The notes below the pieces were generated by a model. It was not told where the DNA came from. It saw only the letters and a list, made by a program, of their open reading frames with translations, and did not search any database. From an uncultured Clostridia bacterium (GTDB lineage: Bacteria; Bacillota; Clostridia; TANB77; CAG-508), in contig CANRPQ010000001.1 of assembly GCA_947632525.1 (NCBI GenBank), positions 1 through 40,385 of the forward strand: DNA of 40,385 bases, given 5' to 3'. Position numbers and translations under genes: made by a program. Position 1 is the first letter of the stretch; each line of letters starts with the position of its first letter. Below, in pieces: positions 9,117 through 19,337 of this stretch.

Positions 9117-10106
9117 TTAATATAAGTAATTTTGTGGGTCTTGTAAAACACCATTTGCTCTAATTTCTAAATGTAAATGTGGTCCTGTAGAATTTCCTGT
9201 AGAACCTACTTTTGCTATTACCTGACCTTGTGTTACTTTTTGCCCTACTTTTACTAGTAATTGGCTAGAATGTGCATATACTGTTTGTATTCCATTGCCA
9301 TGAGAAATTATTACTAGGTTTCCATATGAAGAGTTCCAACCTGCAGTTGTAACAGTACCTGCTGCAGCTGCGTGAATTGGTGTTCCAGTAGGTGCTGCAA
9401 TATCTAATCCTCTATGTCCATTTCCTCTACTACCAAAACGACATGTGATTATTCCAGATATTGGTTTTATTAATCCAATACCAAGATCAATTTTTTTACT
9501 AGATGAACCTGATACATATCCAGATGAAACAGAAGGTCCTGATGCAATGTAACTTACTTTTGGTGCTTCGTATAATTTTGATACACATTTTTCAACTGAG
9601 CTAAATTTTTTTGTTTCCGTATCATACTTTGTTACAATTCCAATATCATTTTTATTTTGGCTATTTTTCTTTTTTAATTGTGATATTACTTTTTCTGCCT
9701 CTTCAAAAGTTTCTACATAAGCCTTTTCTTTTTTATTATCTGTAATGGCATAATATTTATAATATTTAGTTCCATTTTCCGTAACTTTTTCATATATTTC
9801 ATCATCATTAATTGTAACATCTTTTTTTAGTAGACAAAGGGTATAATCTGGAACTGCATCTATTTGTGCAAATGCAATGCTTTCATCTGATTCGCCATCC
9901 ATGTATTTATTTATTTTATCTTGTAATTCTGTTTTGTTTTCTGTATATCCAATTACTTCTCCATTTAGGGAAACTGCATAAGTAGGTTTATAAAATACTG
10001 CTACTGCTGTAATCATTAAAAATGTACAAATTATAATTAATAAGATATACTTAACTGTTGTTCTAAAGTACATTGCGCACTTTTTAAATGTTTTTATTTT
10101 AAACAA
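9117..10106 (-). CDS. M23 (LytM-type) peptidoglycan endopeptidase, membrane-anchored
   Basis: The C-terminal HRGLDIAAPTGTPIHAAAAGTV...GSTGNSTGPHLHLEIR carries the HxxxD and HxH zinc-ligand motifs of M23. There is an N-terminal TM segment. The exact start is uncertain: TTG 10106 abuts the GGAG, and ATG 10073 has no RBS. Confidence 0.85.
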   Translation of the reverse strand: MFKIKTFKKCAMYFRTTVKYILLIIICTFLMITAVAVFYKPTYAVSLNGEVIGYTENKTELQDKINKYMDGESDESIAFAQIDAVPDYTLCLLKKDVTINDDEIYEKVTENGTKYYKYYAITDNKKEKAYVETFEEAEKVISQLKKKNSQNKNDIGIVTKYDTETKKFSSVEKCVSKLYEAPKVSYIASGPSVSSGYVSGSSSKKIDLGIGLIKPISGIITCRFGSRGNGHRGLDIAAPTGTPIHAAAAGTVTTAGWNSSYGNLVIISHGNGIQTVYAHSSQLLVKVGQKVTQGQVIAKVGSTGNSTGPHLHLEIRANGVLQDPQNYLY

Positions 10107-10133
10107 CTCCTTATCTTTTAAACTTACCCTACT

Positions 10134-10162
10134 ATTTTACATCAAAATAAAAAAAAATGCAA
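10134..10162 (-). promoter_or_regulatory. sigma-A-type promoter for the M23 peptidase gene
   Basis: The - strand reads TTGCAT, a 17-nt spacer, then TAAAAT. Confidence 0.45.
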
Positions 10163-10243
10163 GTAATTTGGATAATTTTCTTATACGCCTAGAGATTGCG
10201 GGTTTAATAGGTATGAATTTAATAGAATTAAAATAACATAGAT

Positions 10244-10272
10244 AAAGAGAGGCTTTAATTTAGCCTCTCTTT
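10244..10272 (-). terminator. terminator after the CotF-type gene pair
   Basis: Perfect 11-bp arms AAAGAGAGGCT / AGCCTCTCTTT with a 7-nt loop. Confidence 0.7.
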
Positions 10273-10369
10273 ACTTAAGTTATATAATAAGTATTAATTA
10301 TATATTTACATAATTCGTAATTGTTAAAGATTTTTTCTTATATAATATAATAATTTTATATAATAAATT

Positions 10370-10615
10370 TTATTGTTCTAATTCTGTTTTTACAGTTTGA
10401 ATTTCTGTAACAGTAGCTTTTTGTGCTGGTTGATAATATCCTTTAGTTTGTGCTACTTTAAATAACTCATACTGAAAACTTTCGTCTCCATTTCTAATTT
10501 GTTGTAATGTTTGCCTTAATTGCATATTTTCTGCTTCAGAAATAGCAGTTTGATATGCTGTTAAATCTGATTTTACGCTACTTAAAATATCGTTTACCAT
10601 TGTTTTTTCATCCAT
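10370..10615 (-). CDS. cotF: spore coat protein, CotF family
   Basis: NDILSSVKSDLTAYQTAISEAENMQLRQTLQQIRNGDESFQYELFKVAQTKGYY matches the Coat_F domain pattern. Confidence 0.7.
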   Translation of the reverse strand: MDEKTMVNDILSSVKSDLTAYQTAISEAENMQLRQTLQQIRNGDESFQYELFKVAQTKGYYQPAQKATVTEIQTVKTELEQ

Positions 10616-10631
10616 ATTTCTTTCCTCCTTG

Positions 10632-10820
10632 TTAATTATTTAAAAATGATAATAGTTTTTGTTTTGTATTAAGTGCATCTTGTGCAGATTTTGAAAACAT
10701 CTGCTTGATTTGTGGGTCTACTGCTTGTGATGAAAAAGTATTTAGTTTTTGATAAGCAGTTTCATGTGCTCCTATTAAATGTCTTAGATGTTGTAATTCT
10801 AATTGATTTAAGTCTGCCAT
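10632..10820 (-). CDS. small spore-coat-associated protein usually paired with CotF
   Basis: 62-aa helical protein immediately upstream of and co-oriented with cotF. ELQHLRHLIGAHETAYQKL is Coat_F-like. Confidence 0.5.
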   Translation of the reverse strand: MADLNQLELQHLRHLIGAHETAYQKLNTFSSQAVDPQIKQMFSKSAQDALNTKQKLLSFLNN

Positions 10821-10884
10821 TTTTATCCTTCCTTTCTTTAAAATACTCTAGTGATATTATTCTCATTTATTATTTTTTTATACA

Positions 10885-10923
10885 AAAAATGCAAATAAAA
10901 CATATTATTTTATTTGCATTTTT
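10885..10923 (-). terminator. terminator of pcrA (palindromic, could act in both directions)
   Basis: Perfect 16-bp arms at 10885-10900 and 10908-10923, with A/T runs on both sides. Confidence 0.7.
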
Positions 10924-11010
10924 ATATTATTTTTCACTTTATTTTGCAGTATAGTTTTTCATCGATTTTTGTCAATTTTTCTGTAATTATGTATACTTAT
11001 TCAAATAAAT

Positions 11011-13332
11011 TTAATTATCTTCAACTATTTCTAATCCTGCAAATTTTGCCATTAGTCTTTTATGCCCTACTTTATCAAATTCTATATCTAGCTTGTAGTC
11101 ATCGCCTTCTTCTTCAATTTTTGTAATCTTTCCTTCTCCAAATTTTTTATGATATATCCTTTGTCCTTCTTTGTATTTACTAATGTCTACTGAATCATTA
11201 GATTGTTTTTGTTTTAAAGAATTTAAAAAACTTTCGGCTGTTTTAAAATTATATGATGATGTTTGTTTTTGATTTATGTTAACTTTTTCATCATCAAATT
11301 TATATGTTTTTACTTTTCCCTGTTTCTCATTTATCTTCCTACCTAAAGCAGTTTTTCCATACTCCCATTGGTAACCACTATCATTAAATTCTTCTTCCTC
11401 ATCATTATTAACAATTCCGTCTAGTAAATTATCTGGAATTTCTTTAACAAATCTTGATATTGCATTATAGCTTGTTGAACCAAAAATAGTTCTGTGCTTG
11501 CTACAGGTTAAATATAAAAATTGCTTTGCTCTAGTTATTCCAACATAAAATAGTCGCCTTTCTTCTTCTAATTCTTTTGGCTCACCTATTGATTTATATC
11601 CAGGGAAAATTCCCTCTTCCATTCCAACTAAAAATACCACCGGGAATTCTAAACCTTTAGCACTATGTAATGTCATTAAAGTTACAGAATTATCTTCATC
11701 TTGCATTTCATCTATATCACTAGATAGAGTAATACTTTCTAGAAACTCTGCCAAACTGTTATCTGCTGACTCTTCTTCAAACTCAATAGCAACTGTTAAA
11801 AATTCTTCTAAGTTTTGTATTCTAGTTTCTGCTTCTACAGTATTTTCTACTTCTAAAGCTCTTGTGTATCCTGATTTATTTAATACTTCTTTTAATAATT
11901 CAGAAATACTTAACTCTTCTTTTTTATTTTTTAGCTCTTCTATTAATGATACAAATTCATCTGCATTGGCTTTTATTCTGTTAAGACCATATTGTTCTGC
12001 ATTTTTTATAATTTCATACATAGAGTTTCCTGTTTTATCTGAAATTTCTTGTATATTATCTAAACTGGTCTTTCCTATTCCCCTTTTGGGTTCGTTAATT
12101 ATTCTTTTAAGAGATAAGTTATCTGATGAATTGTGTATTAATCTCAAATAGGCAATTGCGTCTTTAATTTCTTTTCTTTCATAGAATTTTACACCGCCTA
12201 CTATTTTATATGGTATATCCTCTCTTCTTAATATATCTTCTATTGCTCTTGATTGAGCATTCATACGATATAGAATAACAAAGTCCTTTGGCTTTAAATA
12301 TTCCTCTCTTTTCAAGTGCTCTATTTGTTGTACAATGTATGTTGCTTCGTCATATTCATCTTCTGATTGATATAAACAAGGTAGACTTCCTTCTTCATTT
12401 TCCGTCCATAGTTTTTTATCATATTTATTTTCATTGTGCTTAATAACTGCATTTGCTGCTTTTAGTATATTTCCAGTGCATCTATAATTTTGCTCTAGCT
12501 TTATTATTTTTGTTCCTGGAAAATCTTTTTCAAAATTTAAAATATTGCTAATATCTGCTCCACGGAAACTATAAATTCCCTGGTCATTATCACCTACTAC
12601 TGTGATATTTCCATATCGAGATGCCAGTATTGTAACTAATGTAAATTGTGCTTTATTTGTATCTTGATATTCGTCTACCAAAACATATTTAAATTTCTCT
12701 GTATAGTGCTGTATAGCTTCTGCATCATTAGATAATATTTCTATTGTGTAATTAATAATATCATCAAAGTCAATAGCATTATTTTCTCTTAGTCTTTTTT
12801 GATATAGTTCATATACTTGTCCTATCTTTTCTTTACGATAGTCCCCTGAATATTTAGTTTGATATGCTTTGGGTGTAAGCATTTCGTTTTTTGCATTACT
12901 AATTTCTGCTAAAACACTTCTATCCGTAAACATTTTTTCATCTATATTTAATGTTTTTAAACATTCTTTCACTACTGTTCTTTGGTCTGCTGTATCAAAT
13001 ATTAAAAAAGAAGTATCAAATCCAATACGGTCAATATATCTTCTTAAAATTCGCACACAAATAGAATGGAAAGTACCCATCCATATTTCGTCAGCTACAT
13101 CTCCAACTATATTTTTTACTCTTTGTTTCATTTCATTTGCAGCCTTATTTGTAAATGTAATAGCTAATATATTGTATGGTTTTACATGCTTTTCTGCCAT
13201 TAAATAAGCTATTTTATGTGTTAATACCTTAGTTTTACCAGAACCTGCACCTGCTATTACTAAACATGGCCCTTCTGTAGATAATACCGCTTCTTTTTGT
13301 TTATCATTTAATCCTTCTATTAATTCTTGCAT
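11011..13332 (-). CDS. pcrA: ATP-dependent DNA helicase PcrA (UvrD family, SF1)
   Basis: Walker A AGAGSGKT, TFTNKAANEM, DEYQDTN, QNYRC, TLHSAKGLEF and VGITRAK helicase motifs, plus the PcrA-type C-terminal tail (HKKFGEGKI). Confidence 0.95.
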   Translation of the reverse strand: MQELIEGLNDKQKEAVLSTEGPCLVIAGAGSGKTKVLTHKIAYLMAEKHVKPYNILAITFTNKAANEMKQRVKNIVGDVADEIWMGTFHSICVRILRRYIDRIGFDTSFLIFDTADQRTVVKECLKTLNIDEKMFTDRSVLAEISNAKNEMLTPKAYQTKYSGDYRKEKIGQVYELYQKRLRENNAIDFDDIINYTIEILSNDAEAIQHYTEKFKYVLVDEYQDTNKAQFTLVTILASRYGNITVVGDNDQGIYSFRGADISNILNFEKDFPGTKIIKLEQNYRCTGNILKAANAVIKHNENKYDKKLWTENEEGSLPCLYQSEDEYDEATYIVQQIEHLKREEYLKPKDFVILYRMNAQSRAIEDILRREDIPYKIVGGVKFYERKEIKDAIAYLRLIHNSSDNLSLKRIINEPKRGIGKTSLDNIQEISDKTGNSMYEIIKNAEQYGLNRIKANADEFVSLIEELKNKKEELSISELLKEVLNKSGYTRALEVENTVEAETRIQNLEEFLTVAIEFEEESADNSLAEFLESITLSSDIDEMQDEDNSVTLMTLHSAKGLEFPVVFLVGMEEGIFPGYKSIGEPKELEEERRLFYVGITRAKQFLYLTCSKHRTIFGSTSYNAISRFVKEIPDNLLDGIVNNDEEEEFNDSGYQWEYGKTALGRKINEKQGKVKTYKFDDEKVNINQKQTSSYNFKTAESFLNSLKQKQSNDSVDISKYKEGQRIYHKKFGEGKITKIEEEGDDYKLDIEFDKVGHKRLMAKFAGLEIVEDN

Positions 13333-13415
13333 TTACATTCCTCTTTCTATTAAACTATTTTGTATTATATCAAAAATCACTATTAATAGAAATAGAAAAT
13401 TGTAAAAATTTAAAA

Positions 13416-14159
13416 TTATATTGACATCGCAAAAATTCCAATTAATAGACCTAGTATGTTACCTATTGCTGTCATTTTTCCGTCATATAATTTATTAGCC
13501 TCTGGAATTAATTCTCCCGATACAATATATATCATTGCTCCACCTGCAAATGCTAGGCACATAGCAATTACGCTTTGTGATATTCCACCTATTAATGCTC
13601 CAAATAATGCTCCTATACCAGTAGTAATTCCAGATAGTATAACATAGAATATTACTTTGCTTGCTTTCATTCCACCATTTTTCATAGGTACTGCCATAGA
13701 AATTCCTTCTGGAATATCATGTAAGCAAATTGCAATTGCTAATGATAATCCTAATTTTATTGAAGCTTCAAAGCCAGACCCTATAGCCAATCCTTCTGGG
13801 AAGTTATGTAATGCTAATCCAATGCTTACTATAATTCCTGTTTTTAATAAAGTATTTTTATTTTCTCTAAATCTGGTATTTGAATTGAATTTTTTATCTA
13901 CAAATATATCACATAATATCATTGTAATAATTCCTAATATAATTCCTAAAAATGATGTACCTAAATTGCTTAAATTAAACGCTTCTGGTAATAAGTCAAA
14001 ACAAACAATAGCAATCATTAACCCTGATGCAAAAGCTAATATAAAGCTTAAAAACTTACTAGAAGGATTTTTGAATTTTACTCCAATTATTCCCCCTATT
14101 GTTGTACCAAAAGTACCAAAAAATAAACCTATTAATGTAGTTTTTATAATTTCGTTCAA
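13416..14159 (-). CDS. zupT: ZIP-family divalent metal (zinc) transporter, ZupT-like
   Basis: LHNFPEGLAIG and LHDIPEGISMA motifs; aligns end to end with E. coli ZupT. The ORF extends to ATG 14207, but TTG 14159 lies 8 nt after AAAGGGG and matches the ZupT N-terminus. Confidence 0.8.
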   Translation of the reverse strand: MNEIIKTTLIGLFFGTFGTTIGGIIGVKFKNPSSKFLSFILAFASGLMIAIVCFDLLPEAFNLSNLGTSFLGIILGIITMILCDIFVDKKFNSNTRFRENKNTLLKTGIIVSIGLALHNFPEGLAIGSGFEASIKLGLSLAIAICLHDIPEGISMAVPMKNGGMKASKVIFYVILSGITTGIGALFGALIGGISQSVIAMCLAFAGGAMIYIVSGELIPEANKLYDGKMTAIGNILGLLIGIFAMSI

Positions 14160-14323
14160 TGTAAAAACCCCTTTAAATAATTTATAGTTTATTTTATTTT
14201 GGTACATTCCTTTTTATGCAAAAAAAGTGTAGACTAGAAATAGAAACTTCCTTTTTTATAAAATAGAAAATATATAAAAAACTTGAACACAAAATTAATT
14301 ATTTTTTGAGTTCAAGTTTTTTA

Positions 14324-14815
14324 TTACATAACATTTTCAAAATAATATAATTTATTATTAGCAGTATTTAGTATTAGTAATACCCAACTTCTACCTTCTT
14401 TCTTTGTACCTGCAAAGTAATTGTCTTCTGATAATAAAGATTCAACATCAATATTATTAAATAAATTTTTTTGGTCTTCTGACAAAATATTATAATAATT
14501 ATGCAAATCTTCTTTTATAGAAACTATGTCGTTTTTATCTATATTGCTAAATTTTTCGTTGTTTATAATACTTTCAACCGTTTTATTATCATACTCCCAT
14601 ATTTGTAATCCTATGCTGTCAGAAATTCCAACCATTTCATCATATATTATTTCTATTTTATTAGCTTTTGGCATATTTATTTTCCAATTTAACATAAGCT
14701 TTCCTTCTTCACCCGGAAATAATATGTTAATCAAAAGCATTACAATAGTAAATAATCCTATAATAATTATAAATATAATTAACGGTATTAACATTGATTT
14801 AAATACAAGTTTCAT
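14324..14815 (-). CDS. hypothetical membrane-anchored protein (163 aa)
   Basis: AGGAGA RBS, one N-terminal TM helix, no recognisable domain. Confidence 0.5.
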   Translation of the reverse strand: MKLVFKSMLIPLIIFIIIIGLFTIVMLLINILFPGEEGKLMLNWKINMPKANKIEIIYDEMVGISDSIGLQIWEYDNKTVESIINNEKFSNIDKNDIVSIKEDLHNYYNILSEDQKNLFNNIDVESLLSEDNYFAGTKKEGRSWVLLILNTANNKLYYFENVM

Positions 14816-14875
14816 AATTATTTCTCCTAATATATATTCAATCTGTTAATGCTTATATCCTATAAAGCCATTCCT

Positions 14876-15940
14876 TTATTGTTCCTCATTTCCTTTTAGT
14901 TTTTCTGCCGTGTCTGCAGTGATCAAACTATCAATCATTTCATCTAAATCTCCATTTAAAAAGTTCTCCATTTGATAAATAGAAAGTCCTATTCTATGAT
15001 CTGTAATACGTCCTTGTGGATAGTTATAGGTCCTAATTTTTTCACTTCTATCTCCGCTACCTACTTGACTTTTTCTGGCATTTGCAACTTCTGCATCTTG
15101 TTTTTGTTTTTCTTCTTCATATAATCTAGAACGTAATAATCTCATAGCATAATCTCTGTTTTGGAATTGAGACCTTTCTGTTTGGCACTCTGCTACCATT
15201 CCTGTAGGAATATGAATTAAACGTACTGCTGATGAAGTTTTATTTATATGTTGACCACCTGCACCAGATGCTCTAAATACTTCCATTTTGATATCTGATG
15301 GATTAATTTCAATATCAACATCTTCTACTTCTGGTAAAACTACTACTGTTGCAGTAGAAGTATGAATTCTTCCACTTGCTTCTGTGTCTGGAACCCTTTG
15401 TACACGATGTACGCCACTTTCAAATTTTAATCTACTGTAAGCACCTTTTCCTGTAATCATGAAAGATATTTCTTTATATCCACCTAATCCAGTTTCATTT
15501 TCATTTAATATTTCCAATTTCCAATGCTTTTTTTCTGCGTACATAGAATACATTCTAAATAAGGTACCTGCAAATAAAGCTGCTTCTTCTCCACCGGCTC
15601 CACCACGAATTTCACAAATAACGTTTTTATCATCATTTGGATCTTTAGGAATTAACAAAATTTTAATTTCTTCCTCTAATTTAGGTATTTTTTCTTTATT
15701 TTCTTCTATTTCTATCTCTGCTAATTCTTTCATCTCTTGGTCATTTAGCATTTCCTTTGCATCATCTATTGCCTTATTTACTTTTTTGTATTCTTTATAT
15801 TTTAATACAACTGGTTCAATTTCAGCATGCTCTTTCATTAAAGCTTTCCATTCTTCTTGTCTATTAATAATTTCTGGGTCACTAATTTTTTGAGTAATTT
15901 CCTCATATCGCTTTTCTACCTCTTCTAATTTTTGAAACAT
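14876..15940 (-). CDS. prfA: peptide chain release factor 1
   Basis: GGQ motif ([11 protein letters not shown]) and an RF1-type P-x-T recognition loop ([14 protein letters not shown]). Confidence 0.95.
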   Translation of the reverse strand: MFQKLEEVEKRYEEITQKISDPEIINRQEEWKALMKEHAEIEPVVLKYKEYKKVNKAIDDAKEMLNDQEMKELAEIEIEENKEKIPKLEEEIKILLIPKDPNDDKNVICEIRGGAGGEEAALFAGTLFRMYSMYAEKKHWKLEILNENETGLGGYKEISFMITGKGAYSRLKFESGVHRVQRVPDTEASGRIHTSTATVVVLPEVEDVDIEINPSDIKMEVFRASGAGGQHINKTSSAVRLIHIPTGMVAECQTERSQFQNRDYAMRLLRSRLYEEEKQKQDAEVANARKSQVGSGDRSEKIRTYNYPQGRITDHRIGLSIYQMENFLNGDLDEMIDSLITADTAEKLKGNEEQ

Positions 15941-16049
15941 ACAAATCTCCTTTTTCTTTTAATATTTTAAAAATATTTATTAATATAGATATTTAAAATA
16001 AACTATATTTTATATTAATTACACTAAACGTGTGAATTTTTATTTAAGA

Positions 16050-16090
16050 GGAAAAAATAAGTCAAAAATTTTTATTTTTTTGACTTATTT
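16050..16090 (-). terminator. terminator of the yhaO/yhaN-like operon
   Basis: Perfect 14-bp arms at 16055-16068 and 16077-16090, followed by a T-run on the - strand. Confidence 0.65.
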
Positions 16091-16108
16091 ATTATACCCC
16101 ATATATTG

Positions 16109-18067
16109 CTAAATTTCAACCCAATTGTATGATATTCCTAATTGTTCTAATATTTCTTTTTCTCTTTTTGTACAGGTAAATAGAATTATTTGGTGCTCTT
16201 CTGTTTTTTTTGATAAAAATATTAAAACATTCTTTAACCTTTCGTCATCAAAGTAGGCAAAGCTTTCATCTAATAATATTGGCATTTTTTCTTTTGATAT
16301 TTCTTCTATCATAGATAATCGTAGAGATAAATATATTTCATCAATTGTGCCACAACTTAAACGGGTGGCAGGTATATATTCTCCGTTTTCTAGTTCTACC
16401 ATTAATCCATTTTCATCATTAATAGATAATTTTTGATATTTACCGTTAGAAATTTCTTTTATTATGCTTGATAGGTTCTGTGTAAATTTGGGAGTTACAT
16501 TATTTTTCATTTTATTATATGCTTTTTCTAATAATTCTTTTGTTAATAAAATTTGTCTATCTTTTTCGTTTAGTTCTTCTAATTGTTCTTCTAAATTTTT
16601 ATATTCTTCTTTTAATTCTATTAATTTTTCCTTTTTATCGATATTATTTGATTGTTCGTATTCTATTTTATTTAATGATAACTGATAATTAGTAATTAAT
16701 TTATTTGATTTTTCGAGTTCAATTTGTAATTGTTCTAAATTATCTATATTAAATAGGTAATTAAAATTATCTCCCTCATATTTTTCTTTTATTTTTTGTT
16801 TTTCACTATATAATAGATTTTCTATTTCTTCTTTTTCATTTTTTATATCTAATTCTTGTTTTTTATTTTCTTCTTCTAATAATTTAATTTGTGAATCTAA
16901 TATCATAATTTGTTTTTCTATTTCATTATTTATTAATTTTTCATTTTTATTATTTTTTTCTATTTCTTTTTTTATTTTTTTATTTTTTCTATTATTTATT
17001 AAATATATAATAATAGAAATTGGAATTAAACTTAAAATAATATAATTAATAGTTTTATTTTTTATGAAAATAAAATTTAAAATATTAATAATAATTAATA
17101 AAATAAAAGTAATAAAATATATAATGTTAATATTAAATTTATTTTTTTCTGAATTATATTTTTTAGAATTATTTAAATTATTTTCTAAATTAATAAAATT
17201 ATTTTTATTAATTTTATTTTTTTCTTCTTTTAATTTTTTTATTTTTTCTTCATTTTCTATTTTAATTTTATTTTTTAAATTATTTTTTTCTATTATGATT
17301 TCATTTTTTTGAATTAATTTATTTAATTCATTAATTATATTATTTTTTTTATTTTCATCTTTTAAACTTAATTCAATTTTGCTTTTTTCGTCTTCTAAAT
17401 TTATTTCGGAATTTAAGTCGTAATTTATTGTCTTTATGTCATCGAACACTTTTTTCATCTCATCTTGTACAATGTTTATTGGTCTATCTTGTGTTCTATT
17501 GTTTCCTATTTCTTCTACTTGCCTTTTATTAAGATTATCTATTGCCTTTTTATATGATACGCTGTCATCCCCTGTTCCCATAAGGTTTGAGATTTTTTGT
17601 ACCAAAACGTTTTGTGACTGTTGATCTAGTATTACCTCTTTTTGGGTAGATAAAATGGTAGAAGTGTATAATTTTTCATCCACACCTGTCTGTTCTGTAA
17701 AAAATTGATTTCCATCCTTTTTGTCAATTTTAAATTCACTAGAAATATCCTCTAAATTTTCATTAAAAACCTTTGGATTTTTTTTATTGAAGTCTCTAAA
17801 AATTTCAAATTTATTTCCATTATTTAATTCATATTCTATTTTTCCTGAAAAATTTTCGCTCTCCCATGGTAAATATTTTTCATAGTCAGAAATTTCTTTT
17901 CCATTTTTATTTTTAGAAATTCCATAAAAAATATTTTTTATATAATTTAATAAAGTAGATTTTCCACTTTCATTTTTTCCATAAATAATATTCAAATTAT
18001 TTTCTAAATTAATTTCTTTTTCTTTTAATTTCCCATAAGAATTTATTTTTATTTTTTTTATTTTCAA
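16109..18067 (-). CDS. YhaN/SbcE-like SMC-type ATPase with a coiled coil and a central membrane hairpin
   Basis: N-terminal Walker A GKNESGKST; C-terminal signature and Walker B LSCGTIDEIYLSLRL...MPILLDESFAYFD; long K/E/N/I coiled-coil; two hydrophobic helices mid-protein. Downstream of a Mre11-family gene, like B. subtilis yhaO-yhaN. TTG start after AAGGAG. Confidence 0.75.
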   Translation of the reverse strand: MKIKKIKINSYGKLKEKEINLENNLNIIYGKNESGKSTLLNYIKNIFYGISKNKNGKEISDYEKYLPWESENFSGKIEYELNNGNKFEIFRDFNKKNPKVFNENLEDISSEFKIDKKDGNQFFTEQTGVDEKLYTSTILSTQKEVILDQQSQNVLVQKISNLMGTGDDSVSYKKAIDNLNKRQVEEIGNNRTQDRPINIVQDEMKKVFDDIKTINYDLNSEINLEDEKSKIELSLKDENKKNNIINELNKLIQKNEIIIEKNNLKNKIKIENEEKIKKLKEEKNKINKNNFINLENNLNNSKKYNSEKNKFNINIIYFITFILLIIINILNFIFIKNKTINYIILSLIPISIIIYLINNRKNKKIKKEIEKNNKNEKLINNEIEKQIMILDSQIKLLEEENKKQELDIKNEKEEIENLLYSEKQKIKEKYEGDNFNYLFNIDNLEQLQIELEKSNKLITNYQLSLNKIEYEQSNNIDKKEKLIELKEEYKNLEEQLEELNEKDRQILLTKELLEKAYNKMKNNVTPKFTQNLSSIIKEISNGKYQKLSINDENGLMVELENGEYIPATRLSCGTIDEIYLSLRLSMIEEISKEKMPILLDESFAYFDDERLKNVLIFLSKKTEEHQIILFTCTKREKEILEQLGISYNWVEI

Positions 18068-18166
18068 AATAATTTCTCCTTAAATTTTATATTTATTTTT
18101 AATTATTAATTCATATACTTTACTATTATAAATTCATAATTTTATAGTTAATTATTTAATATTTTA

Positions 18167-19249
18167 TTATTTATTTTCTAATGCAGATAAGCCTATTTCT
18201 AGTATTTTATTTAATTGTTCTTCTGTGTAATTTTCTTTTTTTAATTCTTCAATTATTTCTTTTACGAATATGCCCTTTAATGTGTAATCATTTGCTAATT
18301 CTTCTATATTAAATTGTAATGTAGTTTTATCTTTTATTTTAATAATGTTTTTATTATTTAATAAATTTAATATATTAGAAGTAATAATTTCAAATTTTCT
18401 TTTTCCAATTAAAATAATTTTATAAAATTTATTTGTTTCTAATTCTAAATTATTTAATTTTTCAATTAGCTCATCTGCATCATTTAAATTAGTAATATCT
18501 AATTCTATTTCTACAAATTCTTTATCATCAATTGGAATAAAATTAATTTCAATTTTTTCTTTTTCAATATTTCCTGTAATAAATCCATGTTTTCCTAATT
18601 CATCAAACCCCATTGCAATTGTAGAGCCCGGATATACAATTCTTTGATTTTCTTCTCTATTATAATCCGGTTTATGAATATGTCCTAAAGCAATATAATC
18701 AAAACCTAACTGTTTTAATTTATTTTCATTTAATGGATTATATTGTAATTGTAACTTATTACTTGCATTTAATGCACCATGTGTAATTAAAATATTAATT
18801 TTATTTTTATTTTCTATTTTAATATTTTCTATATTTAAATTAGAACAATAAAAATCTTCAAAGCCAACTCCATAAATATCAGCTTCTGGTGTTTCTACTT
18901 TTTCTATTTTTGATGTAAATATTTTTACATTATCATTCCATTCCAAATTATAATACATAGAATTTTTTAAATATGGATCGTGATTTCCAGGAGTAATAAA
19001 AATTTTAGTTTGAGGAATTTCTTTAAATAATTCATTAATATATTCAATAGTAGATTTTCTAATAAATTCATTTTCGTAAAAATCACCACTAATAAAGAAA
19101 TATTCTATTTTATTTTCTGAAATATATTTAATTATTTTTTTAAATATTTCCCTTTGATCTAATCTTCTTATTTTTCCAAAATTATTTTTTAAATTTAAAT
19201 TTTCAAAAGGTGTATCAAAATGCATATCAGCTATATGTACAAATTTCAT
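18167..19249 (-). CDS. YhaO/SbcF-like DNA-repair phosphoesterase (SbcD/Mre11 family)
   Basis: Calcineurin-like metallophosphoesterase motifs HIADMH, SGDF, PGNHD, ITHG and GHIH. Confidence 0.8.
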   Translation of the reverse strand: MKFVHIADMHFDTPFENLNLKNNFGKIRRLDQREIFKKIIKYISENKIEYFFISGDFYENEFIRKSTIEYINELFKEIPQTKIFITPGNHDPYLKNSMYYNLEWNDNVKIFTSKIEKVETPEADIYGVGFEDFYCSNLNIENIKIENKNKINILITHGALNASNKLQLQYNPLNENKLKQLGFDYIALGHIHKPDYNREENQRIVYPGSTIAMGFDELGKHGFITGNIEKEKIEINFIPIDDKEFVEIELDITNLNDADELIEKLNNLELETNKFYKIILIGKRKFEIITSNILNLLNNKNIIKIKDKTTLQFNIEELANDYTLKGIFVKEIIEELKKENYTEEQLNKILEIGLSALENK

Positions 19250-19275
19250 TTTTCATTTCCTCCACTATTGTTATA

Positions 19276-19304
19276 ATTTTACATTATTTATTAGTATTAG
19301 TCAA
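19276..19304 (-). promoter_or_regulatory. sigma-A-type promoter of the yhaO/yhaN-like operon
   Basis: The - strand reads TTGACT, a 17-nt spacer, then TAAAAT, about 25 nt upstream of the GGAGGA RBS. Confidence 0.5.
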
Positions 19305-19337
19305 TAGTTTTAAGAACATTAGTTTTTATTTATTGTT

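Noticed and set aside
10107-10243. Riboswitch (for example the cyclic-di-AMP ydaO type) in the leader of the M23 peptidase gene
   Set aside because: The leader is about 30-60 nt after a plausible promoter and is almost pure A/T. I could not see any of the conserved G/C-rich riboswitch cores.
10712-11126. ORFs 10712-10954 and 10914-11126 spanning the cot-pcrA intergenic region
   Set aside because: They run through a 16-bp terminator hairpin and into the antisense of pcrA and the coat gene. They are F/L/I/Y low-complexity and have no RBS.
13657-14187. Long antisense ORFs inside well-supported genes (for example 13657-14187, 15459-15893, 33361-33843, 12869-13207, 1855-2142, 27331-27648, 37723-37995)
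   Set aside because: Each lies opposite a gene with clear family motifs. They lack RBSs and have the S/F/I/L-rich composition expected when an AT-rich gene is read backwards.
15383-15391. Unusual RF1 codon-recognition tripeptide P-D-T
   Set aside because: The middle residue of the P-x-T motif is variable among bacteria (as I recall, Firmicute RF1s carry residues other than A/V there). The rest of the loop and the GGQ motif are normal.
16109-19249. ATPase plus Mre11-like nuclease pair as a novel defence system (Lamassu- or Gabija-like)
   Set aside because: Gene order, motifs and the membrane hairpin match the conserved Firmicute yhaO-yhaN (SbcEF) repair operon. It sits among core genes with its own ordinary promoter and terminator.
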